Shown here: piece by piece, positions 50,701 to 64,000 of the stretch
Position numbering within the stretch: the first letter of the stretch is position 1
Layout of the letters: each line of letters begins with the position of its first letter
NCBI GenBank assembly: GCA_002269645.1
Contig: NIVC01000362.1
Span: 310,001 to 374,000 of the forward strand
Direction of reading: 5' to 3'
DNA: 64,000 nucleotides
Source: Macrostomum lignano
Taxonomy: Eukaryota
Notes under the pieces: model-generated
What the model was told of the DNA's origin: nothing
Database searches by the model: none
Seen by the model: only the letters and a program-made list of their open reading frames with translations
Program-made: the position numbers and the translations under genes

Positions 50701-50854
50701 GATCCGGCTGCTGGTGTTCCACATCGCTAGCCTTTGAAGACTCAACAAGCAGCTGAAGATGCTGGTTCACGAGGGCTTCGTGACCGGGAAAGTCCGCTTC
50801 GGATTCGCTGTTGCTGGTCTCTCCTCCCGAGTCAGGCTTCGCCACTGCAGCCAT
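47282..50854 (-). CDS. Divergent Ser/Thr protein-kinase-fold protein, probable pseudokinase (4 exons, ~562 aa)
   Basis: Proposed exons: 50854-50462, 50135-49461, 48728-48410 and ~47583-47282 (the last acceptor is uncertain). Motifs: HYSVKIIKK, KDEFLVLKKLAHPFVAML, IVHRDISSKCVL, VLFHFDYA (DFG position), RAPEVI, DIWGVGVLLGE, CLRKFPQDRPT. Confidence 0.8.
47653..48366. repeat. (CTGT)n/(CTAT)n microsatellite in kinase intron 3
   Basis: Directly visible. Confidence 0.97.
48810..49390. repeat. 33-36 bp minisatellite in kinase intron 2
   Basis: AAGTATGATGTAATCACCTCTCCTATTG(T/A)GATG units. Confidence 0.93.
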
Positions 50855-51044
50855 TTGATTTGATTGCTTGCTATGCTAATTAATGCGACATCACGTGACT
50901 CTCTTTACTTGATAGAACTATGTTGAACCTTGCGAATCAATCACACTCTCGAGGAGCGAAGCATAGCTTAATGTCTCAGAAAGTTAAAATCTGCCGTAGT
51001 CTATGGGTGCCCTTGGGGCAGTGCACCTCGGCAGCTAACCACTG

Positions 51045-51838
<794 letters not shown>

Positions 51839-52446
51839 GGATGTCGATTCATTACCACTGGGTAATTTAAAAGGCTGAGAAGTTTCTCGTGAGCAAATGC
51901 TCTTTTTATTCATACTGCCTATTGAGAAGCATAGCTCAAAATTACATGTCAGGAGCAATTTTCAGAGAGAATTAAAAGGTATTTTTTACACAGAATGGAT
52001 AAGTGCGGATCTTTCTCAATAAAACTCATTGCAACAGAGCCCGTTTGTACAATCGGTGGAACCCGATAATTTGAGTACAATGTTGAGCTGGTTTAACTTG
52101 ACAAACTTATTTAGGTCAGGGTCTAAAGAGTATTCATTTATAACACCTGAAGCTTTTACACTAACACCAGTTAGTGTTTGATAGGGCAGAGCAGCTCAGT
52201 GCGTCTGACTCTCGAATCCCTTCATTTGGGGCTTGTGTGTGCACGAAATTGGCCAAGGGGTTCACAGCCATGAGGGCCAACCCACAAGGCACACAGAGTG
52301 TACATGTCTGACGATTAGACAGTCAAAGGGCCGATGTACACTCTGTGTGAGCGTGTGTACGAGTGCCTGTTTGCGTACAGAGCACAGGTAGTAGTAGTTG
52401 CAATTTACTATCAAAAATCAAAAAACTACTCATGAAGTTTCAGAGT

Positions 52447-55310
52447 TCAACTCTGCTGGAATCTCCAATGCTTCTTGACTTTCCGCGTCAATCCAGCGGC
52501 CGGCGCGATCCTGGCCAGAGACAGCAGCGGCCGGTCTTTGTTCGGAGCCCACACGGGCAGGTAGACCGGCATTGCCAGCGACATGCCAGCTGGTTTGTTC
52601 CCGTTAGCGTCCAAGTTGTAGCAGGCCTCCTTTTTTAGAAACGGCAGCTTGTCCCTGTGCCTGCAGTTGTCCACGAGGCTGTCGAACAGGTGAGGCTCCA
52701 TCACCGGCATGAAGATGGCCGGCTCGGCCAGGGACACGCGGTCCTGGAAGTCGCAGTCAGCCCTCGCCGAGCATTCGTCGTCGTAGGCTGCGACAGCACT
52801 GTTGAACGAGTGCAGCAGGAAGGCCGGCGTGTCCACGTCAAGGACAACAGCCCCAGTCCGGAGCGACACCTCGGTGATCTTGCGCAGGAAATACTCCACA
52901 AAATGGTGCTTCGGTTTGCAGGCTAGAAAAGACAGGCTGGGCAGAGATTCGAAATCGAATTGAAATACCGCTTTCTCTACTCGGTCCTGAGCGATGACGC
53001 AGTTGGAGTCGGTCAGGTAGCTGGTGGAGCTCTGAAGCGAGCGCATGTTCAGGTCGGGTGACAGGCCGCCGAGGCTATGCAGAATCAGCAGGCGGGCGAT
53101 CAGGCTGCGCTCTCTGGAGCTGGCGGTGCCGTTCCAGTAGTATCTGAAATTATTGGCATGAGATCTCCACTGCATCCCCTGACACTCCACTGCATCCCCT
53201 GACACTCCACTGCATACCCTGACACTCCACTGCATCCCCTGACACTCCACTGCATCCCCTGACACTCCACTGCATACCCTGACACTCCACTGCATCCCCT
53301 GACACTCCACTGTCTACCCTGACACTCCACTGCAATCTCTGACATTCCACTGTCTCCCCTGACACTCCACTGCATCCTCTGACACCCCACTGCATCCCCT
53401 GACACTCCACTGCATACCCTGACACTCCACTGCATCCCCTGACACCCCACTGCATCTCCTGACACCCCCGCTGCATCCCCTGACACCCCCACTGCATCTC
53501 CTGACACTCCACTGCATACCCTGACACTCCACTGCATACCCTGACACTCCACTGCATCTCCTGACACCCCACTGCATCTCCTGACACCCCCACTGCATCT
53601 CCTGACACTCCACTGAATACCCTGACACTCCACTGCATCCCCTGACACCCCACTGCATCTCCTGACACCCCCGCTGCATCCCCTGACACTGCACTGCATC
53701 TCCTGACACTCCACTGCATACCCTGACACTCCACTGCATCCCCTGACACCCCACTGCATCTCCTGACACCCCCGCTGCATCCCCTGACACTGCACTGCAC
53801 CCCCTGACACTCCACTGCATCCCCTGACACTCCACTGTCTACCCTGACACTCCACTGCAATCTCTGACATCCCACTGTCTCCCCTGACACTCCACTGCAT
53901 CCTCTGACACCCCACTGCATCCCCTGACACCCCACTGCATCTCCTGACACCCCCGCTGCATCCCCTGACACTGCACTGCATCTCCTGACACTCCACTGCA
54001 TACCCTGACACTCCACTGCATCCCCTGACACCCCACTGCATCTCCTGACACCCCCGCTGCATCCCCTGACACTGCACTGCATCCCCTGACACTCCACTGC
54101 ATCCCCTGACACTCCACTGTCTACCCTGACACTCCACTGCAATCTCTGACATCCCACTGTCTCCCCTGACACTCCACTGCATCCTCTGACACCCCACTGC
54201 ATCCCCTGACACTCCACTGCATCCCCTGACACTCCACTGTCTACCCTGACACTCCACTGCAATCTCTGACATCCCACTGTCTCCCCTGACACTCCACTGC
54301 ATCCTCTGACACCCCACTGCATCCCCTGACACTCCACTGCATACCCTGACACTCCACTGCATACCCTGACACTCCACTGTCTACCCTGACACTCCACTGT
54401 CTACCCTGACACTCCACTGTCTACCCTGACACTCCACTGTCTACCCTGACACCCCACTGTCTACCCTGACACTCCACTGTCTACCCTGACACTCCACTGT
54501 CTACCCTGACACTCCACTGCATCCCCTGACACTCCACTGTCTACCCTGACACTCCACTGTCTACCCTGACACTCCACTGTCTACCCTGACACTCCACTGT
54601 CTACCCTGACACTCCACTGCATCCCCTGACACTCCACTGTCTACCCTGACACTCCACTGCATCCCCTGACAGTCCACTGCATCCCCTGACATTTCACTGC
54701 ATCCCCTGACAGTCCACTGCATCCCCTGACATTTCACTGCATCCCCTGACACTCCACTGCCTCCCCTGACAACCCACTGCATCCCCTGACAACCCACTGC
54801 ATCTTTTTACAGCATGCAGTGAGCAGATGATACTCCAGCTAACCTTTTATATTTGGCGTACTCAACTTTGCTCAGCAGTTTGGTCTCCACACTGGCCGCA
54901 TCCCAATAGTGAATCTCATAATCCGGGTGATTGACAGCCCAGCTGTGAATCTCAGACACCAGTCTAGCTGGAATTCCCGCGACCTCGCCAAAGTAGTGAT
55001 GGATCAGCTTCGGTATGATGAGTTTCCCTTGGTCTTGCGATCGTTTAACTGCCCATGGCGCCTCGTTCACAAATTTATTCGGCCCACCTGCTGGGACTCG
55101 AACCTGGTCCACCGGTGCCATGTCGGCTACGGCATTGGAAAGATTGTCAACCTCTTTGTCGCCATTCCAACCGGGTTGAGTCACAGCTGCTAGGGTTAGG
55201 GTGACCAGAATTACAAACATCAAGCAGTGGATCAATGCGCGATTTCTTCGGTAGAGACGAAATGATTTTTGCTGACAGCGTCGGATTGAGGACTGCGTCG
55301 GTTGCTGCAT
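52447..55310 (-). CDS. Type II membrane glycosyltransferase, GT32/OCH1-like (Gly_transf_sug) family, ~394 aa
   Basis: ATG at 55310, downstream of acceptor TTCTTTCGCAG|55347. TM segment ALIHCLMFVILVTLTLAAV; IPKLIHHYF...SWAVNHPDYEIHYWD; after the intron SLIARLLILHSLGGLSPDLN, FLACKPKHHFVEYFLRKI and AIFMPV. Exons ~55310-54844 and ~53164-52447 (junction uncertain). Upstream 5'UTR exon donor GTAAGT at 56350. Confidence 0.78.
53165..54803. repeat. 20 bp minisatellite (CTGACACTCCACTGCATCCC) filling the glycosyltransferase coding intron
   Basis: About 80 units with subarrays of variants. Confidence 0.97.
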
Positions 55311-55379
55311 TCTGGCTGCGAATTGAAGTGGGTAAGAATGCGACAGTCTGCGAAAGAACAAGACAACAGGTCGGATCGT

Positions 55380-56330
55380 AGAGGACAACATAGCAACCAG
55401 ACAATAGATCAGGGGAGACGACAACGAAGCAACCAACCAGACAACAGACCAGAGTAGAGGACAATCAACCAACCAGACAATAGATCAGGGGAGACGACAA
55501 CGAAGCAACCAACCAGACAACAGACCAGAGTAGAGGAGGATCAACCAACCAGACAACAGACCAGAGTAGAGGACGATCAACCAACCAGACAACAGACCAG
55601 AGTAGAGGACGATCAACCAACCAGACAATAGATCAGGGGAGACGACAACGAAGCAACCAACCAGACAACAGACCAGAGTAGAGGACGATCAACCAACCAG
55701 ACAACAGACCAGAGTAGAGGACGATCAACCAAAAAGACGACAGACCAGAGTAGAGGACGATCAACCAAACAGACAACAGACCAGAGTAGAGGACGATCAA
55801 CCAAACAGACAACAGACCAGAGTAGAGGACGATCAACCAAACAGACGACAGACCAGAGTAGAGGACGATCAACCAAAAAGACGACAGACCAGAGTAGAGG
55901 ACGATCAACCAAACAGACAACAGACCAGAGTAGAGGACGATCAACCAAACAGACAACAGACCAGAGTAGAGGACGATCAACCAAACAGACGACAGACCAG
56001 AGTAGAGGACGATCAACCAACCAGACAACAGACCAGAGTAAGGACGATCAACCAACCAGACAACAGACCAGAGTAAGGACGATCAACCAAACAGACGACA
56101 GACCAGAGTAAGGACGATCAACCAACCAGACAACAGACCAGAGTAGAGGACAATCAACCAAACAGACAACAGACCAGAGTAGAGGACGATCAACCAAACA
56201 GACGACAGACCAGAGTAAGGACGATCAACCAACCAGACAACAGACCAGAGTAGAGGACAATCAACCAAACAGACACCAGACCAAACTACAAGGCGATCAA
56301 CCAAACAGACAACAGACCAGAGTTAGATGA
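55380..56330. repeat. 36 bp minisatellite (AACCAAACAGACAACAGACCAGAGTAGAGGACGATC) in the glycosyltransferase 5'UTR intron
   Basis: Direct tandem units between the donor at 56350 and the acceptor at 55348. Confidence 0.95.
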
Positions 56331-56794
56331 CAACACATCAGAGCACTTACCCTAGCTTAGCAATATAGATCTCTTCTGAGAAGAAGACTTTCGAGAGCAA
56401 GAAATTTGGCAGCCGCAACAAGTGCGCAGAGCTTTGCTCGCACACAGCTATATACTGTATACGGGCCACTGCAGCCCATTCAGAGCAAGCACTGTCTCAT
56501 CCAACTGCACATCTGCCCGAGACGTATAAAGAAAGTTTTTGTGTGCATAGGAAAGCGCCGGACAATGCACGCACGATTGCGATGGCGAGTGAGCCAGACG
56601 AGGCGAGAGGCAGAAAACCCACCGCGGGCGCTGGTCTGTGAATTTTCAAGGTGTAAAGAGAGCTCATTATTGTGCTTTTGTGTGCATAGCGGCCGTTACT
56701 TTATATTTTCTATATCTGGCCTTGACTGTTCAAGAGTTTCCAAGCCTGCGTGGCCTCTGCAAATATTTCACTGCCTTCCTTTGCATTCCACTGT

Positions 56795-58335
56795 GTCCCC
56801 TGACACCCCACTATCTCCCCTGACACCGCACTGGCTCTCCTGACACCCACTGGCTCTCCTGACACCCACTGGCTCTCCTGACACCCCACTATCTCCCCTG
56901 ACACCGCACTGTCTCCCCTGACACTCCACTATCTCCCCTGACACCACACTGGCTCCCCTGACACCCACTGGCTCTCCTGACACCCCACTAGCTCTCCTGA
57001 CACCCCACTAGCTCCCCTGACACCCACTGGCTCTCCTGACACCCCACTAGCTCTCCTGACACCCCACTAGCTCTCCTGACACCCCACTAGCTCTCCTGAC
57101 ACCCTGCTGTCTCTCCTGACACGCTAGTGTTTCTTCTGACATCCTGTCTCCCCTAACACCCACTGGCTCTCCTGACGCCCACTGGCTCTCCTGACACCCC
57201 ACTGGCTCTCCTGACACCCCACTATCTCCCCTGACACCGCACTGTCTCCCCTGACACTCCACTATCTCCCCTGACACCACACTGGCTCCCCTGACACCCA
57301 CTGGCTCTCCTGACACCCCACTAGCTCTCCTGACACCCACTAGCTCCCCTGACACCCACTGGCTCTCCTGACACCCCACTAGCTCTCCTGACACCCCACT
57401 AGCTCTCCTGACACCCTGCTGTCTCTCCTGACACGCTAGTGTTTCTTCTGACATCCTGTCTCCCCTGACACCCACTGGCTCTCCTGACGCCCACTGGCTC
57501 TCCTGACACCCCACTGGCTCTCCTGACACCCCACTATCTCCCCTGACACCGCACTGTCTCCCCTGACACTCCACTATCTCCCCTGACACCACACTGGCTC
57601 CCCTGACACCCACTGGCTCTCCTGACACCCCACTAGCTCTCCTGACACCCCACTAGCTCCCCTGACACCCACTGGCTCTCCTGACACCCCACTAGCTCTC
57701 CTGACACCCCACTAGCTCTCCTGACACCCCACTGGCTCTCCTGACACCCCACTATCTCCCCTGACACCGCACTGTCTCCCCTGACACTCCACTATCTCCC
57801 CTGACACCACACTGGCTCCCCTGACACCCACTGGCTCTCCTGACACCCCACTAGCTCTCCTGACACCCCACTAGCTCCCCTGACACCCACTGGCTCTCCT
57901 GACACCCCACTAGCTCTCCTGACACCCCACTAGCTCTCCTGACACCCACTGGCTCTCCTGACACCCCACTAGCTCTCCTGACACCCTGCTGTCTCTCCTG
58001 ACACGCTAGTGTTTCTTCTGACATCCTGTCTCCCCTGACACCCACTGGCTCTCCTGACGCCCACTGGCTCTCCTGACACCCCACTGGCTCTCCTGACACC
58101 CTACTGGCTCTCCTGACACGCTACTGTCTCTCCTGACACCCTGCTGGCTCTCCTGACACCCTACTGTCTCTCCTGACACCCTAAAGTCTCTCCTGACACC
58201 CTACTGTCTCTCCTGACACCCTACTGTCTCTCCTGACACCCTAAAGTCTCTCCTGACACCCTACTGTCTCTCCTGACACCCCACTGTCTCTCCTGATACC
58301 CCACTGTCCCCCTGACAGTCCCCAGACAGTCCCCT
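56795..58335. repeat. 20 bp minisatellite (CTGACACCCCACT(A/G)GCTCTC) with higher-order blocks
   Basis: Marker GCTAGTGTTTCTTCTGACATCC occurs at 57123, 57435 and 58005. Confidence 0.95.
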
Positions 58336-59154
58336 GACAGTTCCCTGACAGTCTCCCAAACACTTAAATAAAAGATCTGCTAGTCTTACAAACGCAGTGA
58401 AATATTTTCAGATGTAAATTAATCGAATGTAAGTTCAATTATAAAATAAAAAATTGACAACAATAATTGCTTTTACTTCAGCTCTACCAACAGTAGTATA
58501 TAAGATAAATTATGAAATTTTGATATTAAAAGATTCATCAACTCTATCTAGGATCACAACTAAAGATTACAAGACATTACATTAACGTTTTAATAGGGCA
58601 TTTGCGTTCTTGAGATGTTATCGTTGTTATAACAGGTAAATTTTTTATAAAAAATTTAGCCTTTAATTAAATTAAATCTATATAGATTGCGCCTGGCATG
58701 TCCTAGATATGATACAACAGTAACAAGTCAGTGCAACTTGATCATCCGGAGCTGCTAAAAAGCAATCAACTAAATAAAATATCAGATATGAGCGTGATTC
58801 AACCTCAAAACTATATTCCCATACTTATAGATTCATCCTCGCAATTCTATAATGCGGACAGGAAATCAATGTTGACAGGAGGCCCATGAGATGCCATGCC
58901 AAGCTGCAGCTCAAATCTCCACGAGTCTGTCGAAAACTCCGCTGCAAGCACTGCGTTGTTTTTTGGAAATCCAGAGAGCGAGAATTGGGGAAAAAGCGCG
59001 TTCAGAACCAGTTGGGTCACTGAAGCGGGACTGCTTCATGTTTGAAAAAAAACTTCAACAACAATTTTTTCCCTGACAAAATGGCACGCTTTGATGAACC
59101 CGAAATGCGACCCGAAACAAAGAATTGTTAAATATATTTCAACTAACTGATACT

Positions 59155-60095
59155 CCTGTCTAACAGGTGACACTTCTGTTTAACAGGTGACACTTCTGTG
59201 TAACAGGTGACACTTTCTGTGTAACAGGTGACACTTCTGTGTAACAGGTGACACTTCTGTATAACAGGTGACACTTCTGTATAACAGGTGACACTTCTGT
59301 ATAACAGGTGACACTTCTGTATAACAGGTGACACTTCTGTATAACAGGTGACACTTCTGTATAACAGGTGACACTTCTGTATAACAGGTGACACTTCTGT
59401 ATAACAGGTGACACTTCTGTATAACAGGTGACACTTCTGTATAACAGGTGACACTTCTGTATAACAGGTGACACTTCTGTATAACAGGTGACACTTCTGT
59501 ATAACAGGTGACACTTCTGTATAACAGGTGACACTTCTGTATAACAGGTGACACTTCTGTATAACAGGTGACACTTCTGTATAACAGGTGACACTTCTGT
59601 ATAACAGGTGACACTTCTGTATAACAGGTGACACTTTTCTATAACAGGTGACACTTCTGTATAACAGTTGACACTTCTGTATAACAGGTGACACTTCTGT
59701 ATAACAGGTGACACTTCTGTATAACAGGTGACACTTCTGTATAACAGTTGACACTTCTGTATAACAGGTGACACTTCTGTATAACAGGTGACACTTCTAT
59801 ATAACAGGTGACACTTCTGTATAACAGGTGACACTTCTGTATAACAGGTGACACTTCTGTATAACATGTGACACTTCTGTCTAACTGGTGAAAGTTTTGT
59901 ATAACAGGTGACACTTCTGTGTAACAGGTGACACTTCTGTGTAACAGGTGACACTTCTGTGTAACAGGTGACACTTCTGTATAACATGTGACACTTCTGT
60001 ATAACGGGTGACACTTCTGTATAACGGGTGACACTTCTGTATAACGGGTGACACTTCTGTATAACAGGTGACACTTCTGTCAAACAGGTGACACT
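59155..60095. repeat. 20 bp minisatellite (ATAACAGGTGACACTTCTGT)
   Basis: About 46 units; a long run at 59240-59630 is perfectly identical. Confidence 0.98.
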
Positions 60096-61057
60096 GGAAT
60101 CTAACAGGTATCTAAACAGGCTATTCCATCCAAGCGAAGACCTGTAAAAATAATTCACAAAAATGAGAACGAAAGAGAGAAAGTAAAGGTGCACAGAAAA
60201 CTTCTGTTATTAAGAATAGCTGGAAGATTTCATTGACGATCCAGTTTGCTTGGCCCGCAAGCATGCAGTCACATCGATAGCACTTGCAAAGCATATCAGA
60301 ACCCTGACGCGTTGGCTTGAGTGTTTTATTTTTGGTTAAAAATGAAATTCATCAGCGACTTCAGACTTGGCCAACAATAAACACACTGAGACCAGACTGC
60401 TCAAAGTTGGCAGGTTTCTAAGAAATCAATCAAACGCAAAATCAATATTCGGTTTTGCTCCAAAGTCAGAAGAAGCTGTCGCGCACAGAAAGTTGAACAG
60501 TGGATTGCTGAATTATTGAACCAGTTGCTATAGGGAAAAAACAGCAAAGAATGAGAACAGCAGGCCGGGTATGGCCTGGAAAATTGAAAGTGACTCAAGC
60601 ACACAGAAGAAGCAGCTCAAATACCATTGGGGATTTGGAACGGAGGAAAAAGAAAACAAAAGCTGACTTAGGCTTGGCTGGCCGAGCTTACGGGGAGGCG
60701 GCGTTTTGGACGAGAGGGCGACTTCAAATGTTTTGTAGGCCTTTTTATTCCGGTAGTATTCCGGACAAGGAAATCATCTAAGATGGATTTTGCTTTGCCC
60801 AGCAGCCCGTCCGATTAGTGAGATTGCGACAAATGATTTCGCAAATGGATAGCAACTGCAGGGGTTACTACTATAGCTGTTGGCTCCTGAAGAATCGGCG
60901 TGAGCCCCAAGCCAAAACAGCTGTGTAATAATGACCGAAATACTGTTACAGTGGCATCAAAGCTTGATATACTTAATGATCAGGTGTTGTGTGACACACG
61001 TAAAGCTTTAGTTGACGGAAGAATCGAAAAGGATCGAAGAAAAAAGAGAAGGAGATG

Positions 61058-61189
61058 GTTAGCTAGATAATTAATTAGTGAGTGAATAAGTCAGCAAGCT
61101 AATTAGTTGGTTAGTTCGTAAGTTAGTTAGTTAGTTAGGTAGTTAGTTAGTTAGTTAGTGAGTTAGTTAATTAGTTAGTTAGTTAGTTG

Positions 61190-61231
<42 letters not shown>

Positions 61232-61235
61232 AAGC

Positions 61236-61271
<36 letters not shown>

Positions 61272-61327
61272 CGGTCAGTTAGTTAGTTAGTTAGTTAGTT
61301 AGTAAGCTCGTTAGTTAGTTAGTAAGC

Positions 61328-61358
<31 letters not shown>

Positions 61359-61368
61359 CTAGTTAGTC

Positions 61369-61451
<83 letters not shown>

Positions 61452-61452
61452 G

Positions 61453-61483
<31 letters not shown>

Positions 61484-61492
61484 GAGTTAGTG

Positions 61493-61540
<48 letters not shown>

Positions 61541-61541
61541 G

Positions 61542-61579
<38 letters not shown>

Positions 61580-61606
61580 GAGTTTGTGAGTTAGTTAGCC
61601 AGTCAG
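61058..61606. repeat. (TAGT)n microsatellite
   Basis: Directly visible; it is the reverse complement of the (ACTA)n motif. Confidence 0.97.
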
Positions 61607-63495
61607 TCTACTGCAGTGGTCTTCAGTTGCAGGAGAGTCGAAGAAAACCGGTGCCCGAGTATCTCAATCGAACTCAAATTCAGAACGCAGAGACCTCCAA
61701 GCCATCATTCACCGGTCAGATATAAAAGAATCAAATGTGAAAGGGGAAGCCAGTAGAGGATTAGCAAAAAATGTGAAATTTGAGAGAAAATATAAATTAA
61801 GCTCAAATTCAAAACGCTTTTAGAGACCGCAAGCAAGTCAGGGGATTCATGCAAATTGACGATATCAATTTTGCCTCTCCAAACGCTAACCACAGTATAA
61901 AGTTTCATGCAGAACATGCAGAGCCGATCTGAACTGCAGGCATCTTATATCACAATCTAAGAGATTTTATAGCCCTCGCAACCCAGCTACCGCGGTATTC
62001 GAGCATGACAGCACAGCCCCATAAAAGTAGCCGTAGCAAGCGGATTTGGAGAATAAAATAAATATTTCCAAGGCGCGGTGGATTCATCAGGGAAGTCTTC
62101 TCTCTCTCTCCCTGCCTCTGGGTTTAATTCCTTTCCTGAGCACGGCGGGATCAAGGAACTCTTAGAGACAGAATCTGGAATGCTAGCTCTCTACTTTCAA
62201 TCAAAGGCAGCTGTGTAGTATAAACAGGACGTAAAGCTAAAAAACTGGTAATTTTTAGGAGGCCGATTTCCTGTAAAAAACACACTGCGGGAATAGGAAA
62301 CAACATTTCTATCACAAAGTCAAATATTAAATTTGGTCTGGGACACGGAAGATTACCATTCCTTGAATTTACCATGCACAGCATGCTAATCTGTTGTATT
62401 TTATATAGTTGTGCAGTGAAAGTTTCATTTTTATATTGTTGAATCATATTATTTCATAAGCCCAAGCCAAAGTTGTAAATACTCACAAATGAGTGTCATG
62501 AGTAACATTTTATGTATGTTAAAGTACTAATCTTCACTGGCTCATATTGAATGCAATCATTGATTTTGTAATGAAAAAAATATTGTTCAGATGGAATTGT
62601 TCAGAAAAGAATTGGCATTTCAGATTCTGGTTCTAGACTTCCTTGGCCCGGCCCGAGCCCGCGGGCTAATGGCGAGTGGATCGAGTTAAAATTCTGCAAA
62701 GCCAAGGCCGGCATTGAGAAAGAATAGCTAGAGAATGAATGATGAATGCCCTGAAGGACGAGGTGGATGAAAAAATCCGTTAATTTGTTGCCAATGGCAA
62801 CAGAGGCGGCTTGAGAAGGCATCTGTTTCGAGAATTTTTTATTTATTCCAGCTGTTTTTTGTTTCCCCGTTGTTATAGGAAATGTATAATTTTGTTTCTA
62901 CAGGTCTTACAATTAATTCACCTGTCTCTGGACGGAGCGATGGGAACGTGAGGCTGGAGCAGCTGGGCGGGGCTCTTCAGGAATCCAGCGCATAAGTTAA
63001 ACGCCTCCAAGCAGAAGCCTGCCTCCCGCTGCCAAATATCCTAATTTGTCATTTTATCTTTAACAGACACTTGTAAACCCTTTTTTGCCACTCGGCACAT
63101 AAAGTGCTGACTGGGTTACAGTAGAGGTGCTCCAGGTGTCCAGGTGCCAGGTGTCGTGAACGAAAACTGCTGGCTTAGTAGGGCTGATCGTGCGATAAGG
63201 TACAACCACGCCCCCCCCCCCCATCCAGGCACAGATAACTGTACTTGGCTTGATGGTGAAAGTCAGGGCTGCTGCATGTACACCCAAGAACTACTCAAGT
63301 AGAAGGACGGTAAATGACGTTTCTTGGAAATTTAAGGAGGCAAGTTTTACGAAAAAATGCATTACGGAAATAGGTCTTCATTTTTCAGCACAAAAATTGT
63401 TATTGCCTTTAATAGAAGGGAGACCTCTGATAGTTTGTCTTTTGATATTAATAGCCTTTCTTATAGCTCTATTGATATTCAAAAGTATATTAAAA

Positions 63496-64000
63496 CGAGG
63501 GGTGTCCCAGAAGTAGTGTCACTTTTGCTTGCTTCCACAAGTATTAATGCGTGTTAAAAAATCATATGCCTTAAAAGTTAGCGGCTTATTTTAGCTTTCA
63601 TGCCACGAAAGTCCGAAGTGCTTCCTGCTGTAAGCAACATGCATTTGTTCGCATACCCTTGGCCATAGAAATACACACCGCATTGTGCTTCTATGCTCAC
63701 TCAGAAGAGCTGATCAAGCACAGAGTTGCAAGACAGCAGCTGCAAGATTTGTTCCACTCATGGATCCTAACTTTCACTCTACAGAAGGGCGGAGACACGC
63801 AATGTTTACACTTTGGAGTCTTGGTCAGAAATGCCCTGATATTCACGAAAACCTGACCCGCATTCACGGTCCCGATTCCATCAGTCGACGAACGGTTTAC
63901 AGGTGGATCGAACAGTTCGAGGCTGGCTGTAGATATCAAAGGCCAACCACCTTTGGGTAAGTTGGCAAAACATACTGCCGGCCAGCCTCGAGCTGCTGTC
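63496..64000 (+). mobile_element. Mariner (Tc1/mariner) transposon 5' part with a disrupted transposase
   Basis: Mariner-like TIR start CGAGGGGTGTCCCAGAAGT at 63496. Downstream HTH_48-like sequence RRHAMFTLWSLGQKCPDIHENLTRIHGPDSISRRTVYRWIEQFEAG (~63790-63925) is followed by an early stop at 63960. The element continues beyond the window. Confidence 0.75.

Noticed and set aside
60200-63480. Short ORFs and possible exons near the right end
   Set aside because: No motif or consistent exon chain could be supported.

Overview
Eukaryotic, repeat-rich metazoan genomic DNA: spliceosomal introns, TTAGGG-type repeats and a cytosolic RPS14. The style resembles an invertebrate such as the flatworm Macrostomum, but that species guess is inference only. 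From 1361 to 20379 lies a ~19 kb head-to-tail stack of six non-autonomous Helitron units on the minus strand, from at least two families. Most units carry 5'-TC...hairpin-CTAG-3' ends, a tRNA-like A/B-box cassette and an internal minisatellite. The whole stack sits inside one copy of a ~178 bp host repeat, with exact CTAG|TC junctions and a 5 bp remnant of the original target. Next come an intronless 1052-aa ORF with several LRAT/NlpC-P60-like domains (21655-24813), two Ngaro/DIRS-type tyrosine-recombinase retrotransposon relics, a LINE endonuclease relic and an older Helitron. A gene-dense block follows: MRPL39, RPS14, a probable pseudokinase and a GT32-like glycosyltransferase, with nearly every intron filled by its own minisatellite. 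A mariner relic runs off the right end. Exon boundaries were inferred by eye from splice signals and frame continuity; no database searches were run.
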